Positions 13,622 through 26,450 of a DNA stretch of 64,000 nt are shown one piece after another; position 1 is the first letter of the stretch, and each line of letters begins with the position of its first letter. The notes beneath the pieces are model-generated. The model worked only from the letters and a program-made list of their open reading frames with translations, searched no databases and was not told the origin of the DNA. Position numbers and translations under genes: made by a program. The DNA comes from Octopus bimaculoides. Its lineage: Eukaryota. The DNA is taken from the NCBI RefSeq assembly GCF_001194135.2, contig NC_068987.1, forward strand, positions 14,158,726 through 14,222,725. Direction: 5' to 3'.

Positions 13622-13834
13622 CCCTTTAGCATTCAGGTCACTCTGTCAAATGCTTTTTTATTCAAGTTGTTTTGAATTAATCGAGCATTATCTCATAGCT
13701 TCGAGATTTTGATGGTGTGGTTGTTTATTTCTAGAATGACATTTTAGGGTAGGTATGAGAGGCTGATCTGACTAGTTTGAATACAAAATACGTAGATATT
13801 TGGGTCAGATATTGTTAATTTAATTGCTAGAGGG
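13622..13834 (+). mobile_element. piggyBac-type MITE, family 1
   Basis: TTAA on both sides, same body. Confidence 0.8.
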
Positions 13835-14639
13835 TTAAGTGTCATCATTATCATTTAGCATTCACTTTCCATGCTGGCCTGGGTTGGACAGTTTGACATA
13901 GAGCTGGCCAGCTGGGAGCTGTCCAGACTCCAATTGTCCTTTGTGGCATAGTTTCTATGGCTAGATGCCCTTCCTAACACCAACTACTTAACAGAGTGTG
14001 CTGGGTGCCTTTTAAGTTTCACCGGCACGGGTGCGTTTATGCAGCACAGTGGTGAAAATACTTATTTGTCAAAATGTTAAACTACTTTATTTGATGGCAT
14101 ATGTGATATACTCTTTTTTTCCCCAAAAAAAGTCCCAAAAATATCATCCCAGGTCCTATACACAAATTTGGGCCTCCTATAGCTTTAATGCACTAAGAAC
14201 ATTATTTCCTGAATATGCACTTCTGAAATTAGTGATAGTGGGGGCAAATTTTTATGCTATCCAAAAATGTGGGATGTAATTTTGCAAGTCACAGTTGATC
14301 GAATCTATAGGTTGCTGCTGAGAGTATGTGGTGAAGTGATTAGAGTATTGGGCACACAACTGTTAGGTCATGAAATCAAAGGGAACCAGCCATAGGAAAA
14401 TTCATCTCAACAAATTCCATCTGACCAAGGCAAGCATGGAAAAGTAGACATCAAAATGATAAATTGTGTCCTTTGTTTTCTTCCATAAAATGGCAGGATG
14501 TGATTTCAGCGAATTTGACTGGACAAGTCGTCTGTTTGGACAGCATAACAACTATTTTTGGACAAGTTACAATAGCAGCGACATAGGGACACTATGATAT
14601 ACAAGTATCTATTTTGTAATAAATACTAAGCTAAAATCT

Positions 14640-14955
14640 CTTCAGCACAGCCTCCCATGCTGGACAGGTCAAAGGATAAAAGCCAGACTAATACAGACCA
14701 CCTCTTCCCAAAGTAAAAACGGGTTTGTTTAGGGCCAACACTCATACCTAGAGAAGAGACCTTAGAGAAAATAGCCTTCCCCCAAGCAAATATATGATGT
14801 GGTGTAGCAAAATGCAAATGGAAAAATAGCTACAAGCAGGATATTGAGGCAGAGCTGAAAAAGCAGGGATCAAAGTGAAGAGAAGTAGAAAAGAAAGCTG
14901 AGAGTTGAGAACAGTGAAGTAAAGACATTGATGACCTATGCTCCATGGGAAGTGA
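14640..14955 (+). mobile_element. Highly decayed RTE-type LINE 3' end
   Basis: Frame SYKQDIEAELKKQGSK*REVEKKAES*EQ*SKDIDDLCSMGSE resembles the RTE C-terminus (TW...E.E.K..G..W.E....A..R..W...V..LCS), with Trp/Arg codons mutated to TGA. Confidence 0.5.
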
Positions 14956-16747
14956 AAGGTTTATGCAAAAGTAATGAAAAATCTCTCAACAAGTATAGAA
15001 GCATTTCATGATTAAAGTTCAAAATCTGACTAGATTTATATCACTATTCAATTCTGTAAGATTTCACTCTTCTTTGCTTGTGTTTCTATAACAATATGTT
15101 AAATAAGTTTCAGGAACTAACTTTCTTGCAAGGAAAAGCTACATCATCAGACATACATTACTTTTACTTGTTTCAGCCATATTAAGAATAAGTGACAATA
15201 CAAGAGGATGATGAAACAGTTTCATATTTGTCACATTTGAAAATCTCAAAACAGACTCAATTTGGGTGTCATTTATCTAAGGTAGAATTTTGTAAAACAA
15301 ATATAATTCTGACAGTGTGTGTGACAGAACAATTGGTTTTAGATTATGTAATTTTTTATACCATTTCATGGAAGAAAAACATTAAAAGAAATTACAGCTG
15401 ACATGTTAATAAAACTAAAATAAATGAGTATATTCTGTCATTCACCAACCAACCAACAAAAACCATCAATAGACTGAAATTCTACATACATACCATCTGA
15501 ATTATTCATTCATTTCAGTGGATAAAGAAGCCAGACAGTTGTTTTTCCATAATAATCAGGTGAGATTTCAGTTTATTTAGACAGGTGGGTTAGGATTATA
15601 TTTTATATTCTAACAAGTATAGTTTCAGATTTTTATAAGTAACAAGTTCCATAGCTCTCAAATGTTTATAAAAGAGCAACTGATAACTTCTCTATCATGT
15701 AGTCTGTCTAACATATGTTCGTTTCTCAATTTATACCTTTGAGAAAAATTGAAGTCAGTGCTGTAAGTTAAAAACATTACTTTCATGAACTACAGCAATG
15801 TTGTGTTAATAAAGAAACTGGTCTTCAGCTGCATTAATCTCCTTTTTACTCATGGAACGTACAAATTAATCAACCACAGTTGATGGCAGTCATCAGATTT
15901 TAATTGTTACTGTAACCCTAAACTTATTGAACAATTTAAAAAATTACAAAACTCAATATCTGAAGCAATACAAAATTATAAATCTGTACATTTTTTTCAA
16001 ACTCAACACTATGAAAGTGAATTCTATAATTTTTTGTTTATTATTGACAATAACATATTTTAACTTCAGTTGTTTCCTGAACATTGCATTCAATAATTTC
16101 TTTTTAGTAACCGTGGTTTGGTTTTTTTTTTTTTTTCAGTATCTACCAATGTGCTCCATAACATCTAGTAGAAAAATATATCCAAAACTTCCATTTGGAT
16201 CTACATCATAAAACTCTATTGCATCAGTATCATTAGTGTGCAGTGAGACACCAGGTGCATCAACATTTCCTAATGAGAGAGCTTCTATGTGTCACATACT
16301 GTGAGAGAAAAAGCAGTTAAATCTTCCTTAAATCCCATTCTGGAGCTAAACAACATTTCCAGAAATAGAAAAAAAAAAAAAAAAAAAAAAAAAANNNNNN
16401 NNNNNNNNNNNNNNNNNNNNNNNNNNNNNNNNNNNNNNNNNNNNNNNNNNNNNNNNNNNNNNNNNNNNNNNNNNNNNNNNNNNNNNNNNNNNNNNNNNNN
16501 NNNNNNNNNNNNNNNNNNNNNNNNNNNNNNNNNNNNNNNNNNNNNNNNNNNNNNNNNNNNNNNNNNNNNNNNNNNNNNNNNNNNNNNNNNNNNNNNNNNN
16601 NNNNNNNNNNNNNNNNNNNNNNNNNNNNNNNNNNNNNNNNNNNNNNNNNNNNNNNNNNNNNNNNNNNNNNNNNNNNNNNNNNNNNNNNNNNNNNNNNNNN
16701 NNNNNNNNNNNNNNNNNNNNNNNNNNNNNNNNNNNNNNNNNNNNNNN

Positions 16748-16789
<42 letters not shown>

Positions 16790-17086
16790 GAATAAGTCAG
16801 AGTCAACATATATATATATATAAATATATTGTGAGGGTGCATGGGAGTGGTCAGGGTGTTGCACTTCAGTTCCTGGACTAAGTGGTACTTTGTGTTCTGG
16901 AGCAAAACACTATCTCATGATGCTCTACGAGTACATAAACACGTGATGTGTGGTACACTGTATACCTGTTCAGGCAATGTCAATTTGATGGAGGGAATGA
17001 GCTAATGAACAACACAAACATTTGATCGCTATAAACAAAACATTTGTGCACGTTTTCAGCAAAAAACGGAACACTCATACATGGTT

Positions 17087-17312
17087 TTTGTCAGGAGATC
17101 CCACCATATATAGTTGAAATTTACAGAAAAACAAAAGACGAAGACAGGTGTATAAGCAACAAACAGGTGTATTAGTTTAACACTTGGAAAGGTGAGAAAA
17201 TCTTTTACGTTTCGAGCCTATGCTCATCAACAGAAAGAGAATAAAAAATCTTTTGGAGCTAGCAGTCAATCATGGCGGCTCATCATATATACATTGTCTT
17301 TGTCAGGAGATT

Positions 17313-17324
<12 letters not shown>
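17087..17324 (-). mobile_element. Short non-autonomous repeat with a hammerhead-like motif, flanked by 26-bp direct repeats ending in (TA)n
   Basis: TTTGTCAGGAGATCCCACCATATATA (17087-17112) recurs with 2 mismatches at 17299-17324. A partial second copy of the body lies at about 51343-51420. Confidence 0.55.
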
Positions 17325-17354
<30 letters not shown>

Positions 17355-17364
17355 NNNNNNNNNN

Positions 17365-17411
<47 letters not shown>

Positions 17412-18489
17412 CACACACATGTAACACACCCATCTGCTGGTTATTTTCAATTATTAAACATCAGCACAGTGGAGAATGTGTGAACGTTGGAAAGGAAAAG
17501 TAAATATGCTTTAGTTGATGCATAATGATAGTGTGCATGAATAATAAATAAGTCTAAATGGAATGAGCTACAATGTGTAGGAGAGAAGATTGTCTGTGCT
17601 GGTATGCGTGATGCATATGAACGGTAGCAGTTTGTGAAGAAAGGTCAAGTGATTCAAGTGGAAGAAACATGCAGATGTTGATATGGGAAGAAATGGTGAA
17701 GGCTTATCTTCAGATATATTGAACCTCACTCATAGTAAATGACAAGGAACAGCAATAGGTGGTGAGATACTGTACTAGAAAAATTTCATGCAAGCATGAA
17801 AAACAAATGTAAGATGCTGATCCTGATGCTAGATACTAGAGCAGTGCTTCCTGAAATTTCCACTTTGGCAACAAACATTTTGTAAAAATAAAATTTTTAC
17901 TGACATTAAGCTTTGTCAGTGAACCAGATATATATCTTATTTGTTTCAGTTACTGGAGTGTGGCCATGCTGGAGCTCTGCTCTGAAGGGATTTAGTAAAT
18001 TGCCCCCAATACTTATTTTCTAAATTTTTTTAAAAGTCTGGTCCCGCAATAAGTTGTGGGGATGCAAACAAACTAACACCAATTGTCATGGGTGGGTGGC
18101 AAACATTTACATACACATTGACATAAATGTATTTAATATAGCAACCTGCAAATGAAACATTTTCATTTGTATCAAACTATCCTTGAAACCTTCCAAATTA
18201 TAACTAATGCAAATGCATTATCTTGAAGATAGTTTATTTGGCTGTGACATTGGGTTTTGTACAGGGAGGCATGGTATCACTCTAGATCAATATGGACCAA
18301 AATACCTGTTTCTGTAATTTCTAGAAGCAGGTACCAACAAGCCATATAACAACTCTTCACAATATGAATGGAGGAGTTAATAAGATAGGTTAAAAAGAAG
18401 CTAACTGGTTCTTTTTCAACTGAATTAACAGAGTTCTGGCTTAGTAGCTGGTGCTTGTATGTAATATTTATGGAAGTAGTACTGAAGAA

Positions 18490-18745
18490 GACTAATGGAT
18501 CTGTCAGCTTCTGGAGAATTACACTACAGGGGGATCAACATGTAATGTAATTCATTTATGGAGGAGGAAATTTTAATAGTAGCTTTGTTCAAATATACTG
18601 TTGGAAGAATAGATGCGGAAAATCACAATGCTGAAAGTATTCACTATTGTCTTCATCATCAAGCATTAACAGTGGGACAAATACTTCAAGATTTCAAATT
18701 AGTCATAAAAGATGCTGTAAAAACTGGTCAACTTTACTGAGTGAT
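18490..18745 (+). mobile_element. Decayed hAT (Buster/Charlie) transposase fragment
   Basis: SIHYCLHHQALTVGQILQDFKLVIKDAVK resembles the CxxH signature THC.IHREAL....L...L..V..AVK. Confidence 0.55.
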
Positions 18746-19703
18746 GGTGAAAGTGGTAGATGTTACTGAAGAGTGACATGAAGGGAAGTAATTGTTGAAA
18801 GGAGTTATAAAGGGGGCGATGGTGGAGAGATTGACTATAGATACATCAAGTCAAATAAAATACCCCCCTCAAACTACAGGAAGTATGTAAGTAATCAAAA
18901 CAGATGTAAATAAAAAAATTAAGATTGTGACTAGAAGCAGGCTTGTACAATTCATTATTAAATTTTTCAGTATATTAGTTACAGAGAACTTTTAAAATCA
19001 TAAATGTAAAATAAAGAAAATAAAAGTAACAAGTTATTTTACTGCTTATTTGCCATGTGGCTATAATAATTTGCTATCAAATATTTTTTACATTGTAAAA
19101 ATTTCTCTTTATCTAAGGAGTTCTATATATTCAAAAAATTTGGAAAACCATAGTCTATAATATCAAGAAATGAAAAGTGAATATAACTGTGCATGTGTGT
19201 AAGACAAGGTATAAATAATGGTCATTACATATTTGTCTTACAGCTATTTCCAGTTGTCATTATAGGTACGCTACTGATAGATTTACTTGATTTGTTGATC
19301 AGTTGAGAAAAACTGAATGACCTAAAATATTAATGCTACTTTTGTCTGAGCCATTTCTGGTCATAACAAAACAGAACACTGAAGTAGTGTTTTGCTTTGT
19401 TATAACCAGTAAACACATGCACACACACACACACACAGATATATATAACTGTTATAGTTCGGGATAGTCGTCTTTTGCCAGTTAAACACACGCACTATTT
19501 ATTTGATCGTTACTTCAATTCTATTAGTACTTTTAAAAGTTTATTTGTTTATTTCTGTCACCTCCTCACTAACACTGTTCCGCGTGTCTCCTCTTGCCAT
19601 GCCAATTCCATTTTCTCCTACAACAAAGATAACCATCCCCATGTGTAACAATATCTGTTTCAAAACACATTTTCACTTCAAGAATTTCGCAAAATAAATA
19701 CAT

Positions 19704-19735
<32 letters not shown>

Positions 19736-21271
19736 GCATGTATACATACACACACACACACACACACATACATACATACATACATACATACATGTTCTTA
19801 AATGGCTAATATCACTCTCCCACAAAATTATTTCAGTACACAATCTCGGACCAAATCACTTACAAAGCCAATACAACTATATATAGTTTTGTATATACAT
19901 ATAACCATGTATGCATATATATATGTATATATATATATATATATATATTGCAAATATGATTGTACTTAATCATTTTTCCTTTACAGATTTATTTATTAGA
20001 TCTTTGTTTTGTTGGGAACAAACATCTTAGGCCCATCAGTAAATCTAGACCTTTCAAAAGAGAAGGCAGAAAAATTCTAGAAACTTTGATAAACCTAGAC
20101 ACTTTATTGTTTCAAACTAAACACAAAGGGCAAATAAAGAAAGAATAATCTTTAAAGCATTCAGACTCAAATAGGATCAAATTAATATAATGTACACATA
20201 CAATAAATTTACCAACAGTATTGTTATGAATAGATGTGTACACACACACACGGGTTATTTCCATTTATTTCTAGGTGTGTGTACTGCTGATATTCCCAGT
20301 GGTGTTACTACACTTGGCAAGAATATGAGACCCTATAGACTTCTGTTTCACATTACATACAATTAATTTTTCTTCCTCCTCTTGATTGCTATATTCAAAT
20401 ATTTTGCGTAATTTTAAAGAGAGGAATCTAATGGGGACAAAATCCTCTAAGAACACATACTAAACGTGACGACCCTATTTCAGAAATACTTTTGAGAACG
20501 ATGTTGTTCCTCGGTATTAATTTCTAGGTCAATGAAAGAAAATCAAAACTTAACTTGGAAAGTATTTATATCATTTTAGTTTAACAAGTTTCTGTATGTT
20601 CACGTATAGAATGAGACGACTGGTTTTTAACTGCTTAGACATTGGTGATTTGTCACAGTTGAGTAGAGATTCAGCCTGTTTTGGCAGCAATGAATTTTGG
20701 TGCTGGAAGCAAATGCATACACACACATACAAGCAAATGCAGAAGTGTACAGATACGACAGTGGGGAGGAGACAGATTACAATTTATTTGAACAGGGCTG
20801 ACAAACTCTTTCCTACTCCTCATACACATACAGGGGTGAGTGTGGAGAGAAATATTAAAATGTCTGATGTCAAATGAATCAGCATTGAATCGGCAATGCC
20901 AAAACAGCTGTGCCAAACATCTCATACTCATTTCACATAATAATATATATATCAAAAGGCAATCTTTCGATATGACTCGTGAAGTTGTCAATGAAGTGTC
21001 ATCCGGATCAGCTGTTTTGTTTGTTAATTTCTGTAAAAAATTTTTATTTACTTTTCTTCTAAAGTGAAAGAGAGAAGAAAGTGAAAGATGTATGAATGTG
21101 TATATGAAATGGACATATGTGTGAGAGGGAGAGAGAGTGCCACTTGCACATGCATGAGAACACACACGTTCACTCACTCACTCTCTGTCACACACATATA
21201 AAAAAGATGTATACATATGCATTGATGTATGTACGTATACATAATACACCCATTCACTCACCCTCTTTCTT

Positions 21272-21302
<31 letters not shown>

Positions 21303-21635
21303 GACACACACACACACGTTCATTTCAGATACATGTACATGCATTTTTCACTTTCCCCGCTCTTTTACTTTAAAACAAAAGTAAATAAATGATAATTTTT
21401 TACGGAAATTAATGAACCCAGATGACAGCTCTGCCAGTCAAAACGAAAGATAGCCCTATCAGAATCTGTAGAATAAGAGACTTATTTAAGAATTTATACA
21501 TTTAAAGAGTGGGGACACAGTGAGAAGGAAATGAAAAAATTAGTTGACAATAGCATATCGCTCTTAAGATTATACCAACAATAGCCTTAGAAACTAGGGT
21601 ATATATTACTCAATACTTATGATATTACTCTATCC

Positions 21636-21885
21636 CAGTAGTTCCCAAAGTGGGTGGTATTGCCCCCCCCCCCTAGGTGGCAGTGGAAAGTTCCAAGGGG
21701 ACACTGAAAAAAAGTGGGGAAATAATGTAAAATCAACAAAATAATGGGCTCATGAGGTAAAGTTTTATTTGTGAAATACAGTTGCTTTGAATTTGCTTCA
21801 GAAAGGTTAGTTGGGGTGGGGTGACCAGAATGTGGCCTGGATGTCAAGGGGGTGGCAGCCCAAAAATGTTTGGGACACCACAGCT
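21636..21885. mobile_element. Degenerate hAT-type MITE
   Basis: Ends CAGTAGTTCCCAAA...TTTGGGACACCAC; no clean TSD seen. Confidence 0.5.
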
Positions 21886-22414
21886 CTATCCCCACTATCT
21901 GGCCTTATAAAAAAATGAAAAAAAAAAGAACTAGAATTGCAACAAATAAAATTAAAAAAGAAATATAAAATGTTATGGTTCGGACAATTTTTATATCTAA
22001 AAATATAACTTTCAACAAGTCGAACAAAGAATAGTGTTGATATATGTACTGTAAATTTTAATAACCCCAAATTGAAAGCAGTCACATTATATAATGTTAT
22101 TTTAGGTCATATTTTATTTTATTTTATTTGAAATTTGATACAGAAAGTTCTAACAGAATTTAATTTAAAATAGAAATGTATACATTGTATTTGATCATGA
22201 AGTTATAGATCTGATAATTCTGTGATGTACACTGGGAGGGTCATTTCACAACTAAAACACACATCCTTGTTACACTTCACTTCTTTTTATTATTATTATT
22301 ATTGGTCAAGTAGTAAGCTAATTAATCATTTGATCAATCAATCAGTTGGTTTGTCAGACAAACTGACAAATCAAATGATTGATCAGACAATTGATTAGTT
22401 AATTTTAATAATAG

Positions 22415-22910
22415 TAGTTCCAGATTTTGGCATAAGGGACCAGGCTAAGTAGATTACATCAACCCTAACACTAGATTGGTACCTATTTTATAGACTCCAA
22501 AAGGATAAAAGGCAAAATTAACATTGATGAGGTTAATAATAATTCTTTGATTATAGGCACAAGGCGTGAAATTTTGGTGGTAGTGGTGGAGGGAGGGGTA
22601 GTGGGTAGTCAATTACATCAACCCCAGTACCTACTGGTACTTATTTTATCAACTGTGAAAGGATGAAAGGCAAAGTCAACCTCAGTGGAATAAGTAGGAC
22701 TAATAATGATACTTATAATGGTTTCAAATTTTGGCACAAGGCCAGCAAATTCAGAGCAAGGGGTAAGTGAATTACATTGATTCCAGTGCTCAACTGATAC
22801 TTATTTTATCGTTCCCAAAAAGTTGAAAAGCAAAGTCAACCTCGCCAGAATTTGAACTCAGAACATACAGATAAATAAAATGCCACTAAGCATTTTGCCT
22901 GGCATGCATG
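22415..22910 (-). mobile_element. Cluster of three partial family A SINEs
   Basis: Three successive GGATxAAAGGCAAAGTCAAC / ATTACATCAACCC blocks. Other degenerate family A copies at about 5110-5280, 28000-28200, 28700-28810, 29390-29560, 32850-33000, 33720-33880, 34330-34800, 43930-44140, 49900-50030 and 56860-56960. Confidence 0.7.
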
Positions 22911-23339
22911 TTTTATTGGCAAAATGACTGAGGTATTAAAACATCTATTTCAATGCAATTTCATATCAGAAGTCTTGGCAAGCAAATACAAAAATGAAAT
23001 GCTATATTTCTCTTTAACTTTTTAGCATTTAAACAGGCCATATTCAACCTAAGTATGTTACTTGTTTTATGTTCTAACTAACCAGATCCAGCCTATCACA
23101 CCTACCTTTCAATGCCATTCTAAAAATATACTATCACATCATCAAAATTTCAAAGCTATGAAATAATGCATGATTAATTAAAAACAATGTGAATGAAAAA
23201 GCATTATACTTGGCAGTGTCATCTGATTGCTAGAGTTAAACAAATAGCATTCAAAATATAATATTTTTGCCATTGTGGTAGAGGTTGACATGGGTTTAGG
23301 ATACAACCTTATGTTTTGGCTTTGTATTTTAATCTTGCC

Positions 23340-23440
23340 ATAAGACGAGCATTATCAAGTGTCTTCTATTATAGCCTCAGGCCGACCAAAGCCTTGTGAG
23401 TGGATTTGGTAGATAGAAACTGAAAGACGCCTGTTGTGTA

Positions 23441-23499
<59 letters not shown>

Positions 23500-23690
23500 G
23501 TGTGTATATGTTTGTGTTTGTCCCCCCAACATTGTGTTTACGTCCCCGTAACTTAGCAGTTCGGCAAAAAGAGACCGATAGAATAAGTACTAGGCTTACA
23601 AAGAATAAATCCTAGGGTCGATTTGCTCAACTAAAGGCGGTGCTCCAGCATGGCCGCAGTCAAATGACTGAAACAAGTAAACGAGTAATG
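23340..23690 (+). mobile_element. SINE family B with an internal (TA)n tract
   Basis: Core CCTTGTGAGTGGATTTGGTAGA.GGAAACTGAAAGA and tail GGTGCTCCAGCATGGCCGCAGTC...TGACTGAAACAA.TAAA. Confidence 0.75.
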
Positions 23691-24269
23691 TTAGCTAATA
23701 AGCCATAATTATTTTGCTTCAAATCTTATTCAGTTAACCTTCCATCCTTTTCTTTTTAATCTACAGGGATCTGAATGGAGATATAGCTGCTTTACATGAG
23801 AGTAAGGAACAGAATTGAAGTGAAACCTGAAATTAAGTTAATGTTTTACAACAGAATTAATAGTTTGTTTAATATGAAACTTCATCACCAAATCATTAAA
23901 CATAATTCAGGAGACATGGTGGAGCAACGAACTTTTTATACAAGGTCAGATGGAAAGAAATGTGATGTGTTTATCCTATGTACCCACCTGCCCTATTATT
24001 GACAAAAATCAATATTTGTAATTAAGATGTCAGGAATGAAAAAAAAAAACTCGACATAAAATTATCTGCATCTTGATTGTTAAAGGTGGAAAATAATGTG
24101 GAGGATCAGTCTTTGTTTTGATAAATCTAGTTTGCTCAATACAAAAAGGTTAACATTAAATTAACATGAGAAGATTAAAGAGAAACTAAATATTAAATCA
24201 TCATATGCATGGTAAACAGTGAGATTCAAATTAATGACTTGCATATTTATTCATATGTTCCAGCAGATT

Positions 24270-25510
24270 CATCATCATCATCGTTTAACGTCCGCTTTCC
24301 ATGCTAGCATGGGTTGGACGATTTGACTGAGGACTGGTGAAACCGGATGGCAACACCAGGCTCCAATCTGATTTGGCAGAGTTTCTACAGCTGGATGCCC
24401 TTCCTAACGCCAACCACTCAGAGAGTGTAGTGGGTGCTTTTACGTGTCACCCGCACGAAAACGGCCACGCTCGAAATGGTGTCTTTTATGTGCCNNNNNN
24501 NNNNNNNNNNNNNNNNNNNNNNNNNNNNNNNNNNNNNNNNNNNNNNNNNNNNNNNNNNNNNNNNNNNNNNNNNNNNNNNNNNNNNNNNNNNNNNNNNNNN
24601 NNNNNNNNNNNNNNNNNNNNNNNNNNNNNNNNNNNNNNNNNNNNNNNNNNNNNNNNNNNNNNNNNNNNNNNNNNNNNNNNNNNNNNNNNNNNNNNNNNNN
24701 NNNNNNNNNNNNNNNNNNNNNNNNNNNNNNNNNNNNNNNNNNNNNNNNNNNNNNNNNNNNNNNNNNNNNNNNNNNNNNNNNNNNNNNNNNNNNNNNNNNN
24801 NNNNNNNNNNNNNNNNNNNNNNNNNNNNNNNNNNNNNNNNNNNNNNNNNNNNNNNNNNNNNNNNNNNNNNNNNNNNNNNNNNNNNNNNNNNNNNNNNNNN
24901 NNNNNNNNNNNNNNNNNNNNNNNNNNNNNNNNNNNNNNNNNNNNNNNNNNNNNNNNNNNNNNNNNNNNNNNNNNNNNNNNNNNNNNNNNNNNNNNNNNNN
25001 NNNNNNNNNNNNNNNNNNNNNNNNNNNNNNNNNNNNNNNNNNNNNNNNNNNNNNNNNNNNNNNNNNNNNNNNNNNNNNNNNNNNNNNNNNNNNNNNNNNN
25101 NNNNNNNNNNNNNNNNNNNNNNNNNNNNNNNNNNNNNNNNNNNNNNNNNNNNNNNNNNNNNNNNNNNNNNNNNNNNNNGCGCACCCACCCCCACTACTAA
25201 CTTGGTCGCCCAGATAGCGGAAGCTATCGACTACCTCTAGTTTTTCACCCTGGAATGAGATAGAAGTTGTTTCCTGTTTGTTTACAGTCTTTATTGCACC
25301 TGAACATCTGCCACAAACAAAAACTAACTTGCTAGTTAACCTGCCTTTGATGTTGCTGCACCTCTTATGTGTCCATAGCTTGCACCGGGTACATCTTATA
25401 GAGTTACTACCTACTCCTTTTCTACATACTGAGCAGGGCCATCTACCTGAAGGGGTTTGTGTTTTATCTACCTTCCTACTTATTAGGATTTTGGGCAAAT
25501 CACTGTTGTG
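24270..25510 (-). mobile_element. 5'-truncated RTE-like LINE with a PHD finger in the RT region and a (GAT)n tail; middle lies in an N-gap
   Basis: ORF piece KILISRK...CSVC...CTRC...HKRC...CGRC...LEVVDSFRYLGDQVSSGGGC. The 3' end CGTCCAACCCATGCTAGCATGGAAAGCGGACGTTAAACGATGATGATG is shared with short copies such as 5525-5680. Confidence 0.85.
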
Positions 25511-25892
25511 CTCATCAGAATCCCTTGCACTAATGAAGTGAGTGCTATGAACTCATATTCATAATAAAGGAAAAGCTATTTTCCTGTGGTGTGTATGCTA
25601 ATTACTGTTGTGTCCATCACAAAACAGTTTCTCTTTTATGATGAATTTGTGTTCATAAAATAATTCATTAATACAAGGGATTCTGATATTCAAGTCTGCT
25701 GGAATTTATTAAAAAATATGCAAGTCATTGTAAAGAATAATCATTTTGGAATAATTTAACTTTTGCTGATCTATTGGCTAATATTGTTAAACTTCTACAA
25801 ACTATAAGATGTCTGTGCTAAGAGCAATTTTGGAAAGTTAGATTTTGTACCAAACAAATCTTTTTAATTGATATTTTTGTTTCAAGCTAGTA

Positions 25893-26450
25893 CAGTATTT
25901 CTCAACTAAGATTCCTCAGGAAGTTACAAGGGGTTTCTGAAAGAGGTTGCTAGGATTTTCTGCAAGAAGACACAATGATTTTCTGCAAAAATGTTGCTAG
26001 GGGTTCCAGCAAGAAATGGTGATAAGAATTACACAAAATGCTTTCACATAACTATTATGAACAAATACATTTTTTAAGCAATTTTTGTGTTTAATTCTAT
26101 AGTTGTAATTTTATTACAAACATGCAGTATATTTTCTAAGGAAGGGAAATTCTGACAAATGTAGATAATGAGACTGAATGGAAAAATTGGCTTCTAAATA
26201 GGGAGTTGAAGTAGATTTTAGTCTTAAGATATTGGTGAAAACATTTCTTAAACCTTCTTTGTGGTGTTTAATGGATTTAACATTGCCAAACCTTTCATAA
26301 AACTATTTCAAAGAAACTTTTATAATTTGTTTCTTCTCTTATGAAATTTAACTTTGTGAAAGAGAAAAAAAGATTAACAAAGATAAAAAATTTCTTTGAG
26401 ACAGAATGTATTTCAAAGGTTCCTTAAAAGCAAAAGTTTAGGCAACACTG
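25893..26450. mobile_element. Degenerate hAT-type non-autonomous element
   Basis: Ends CAGTATTTCTCAAC...TTTAGGCAACACTG with GGTTCC subterminal motifs. Confidence 0.45.

Noticed and set aside
19705-19795. (TG)n facing (CA)n hairpin
   Set aside because: Ordinary compound microsatellite, common throughout the window.
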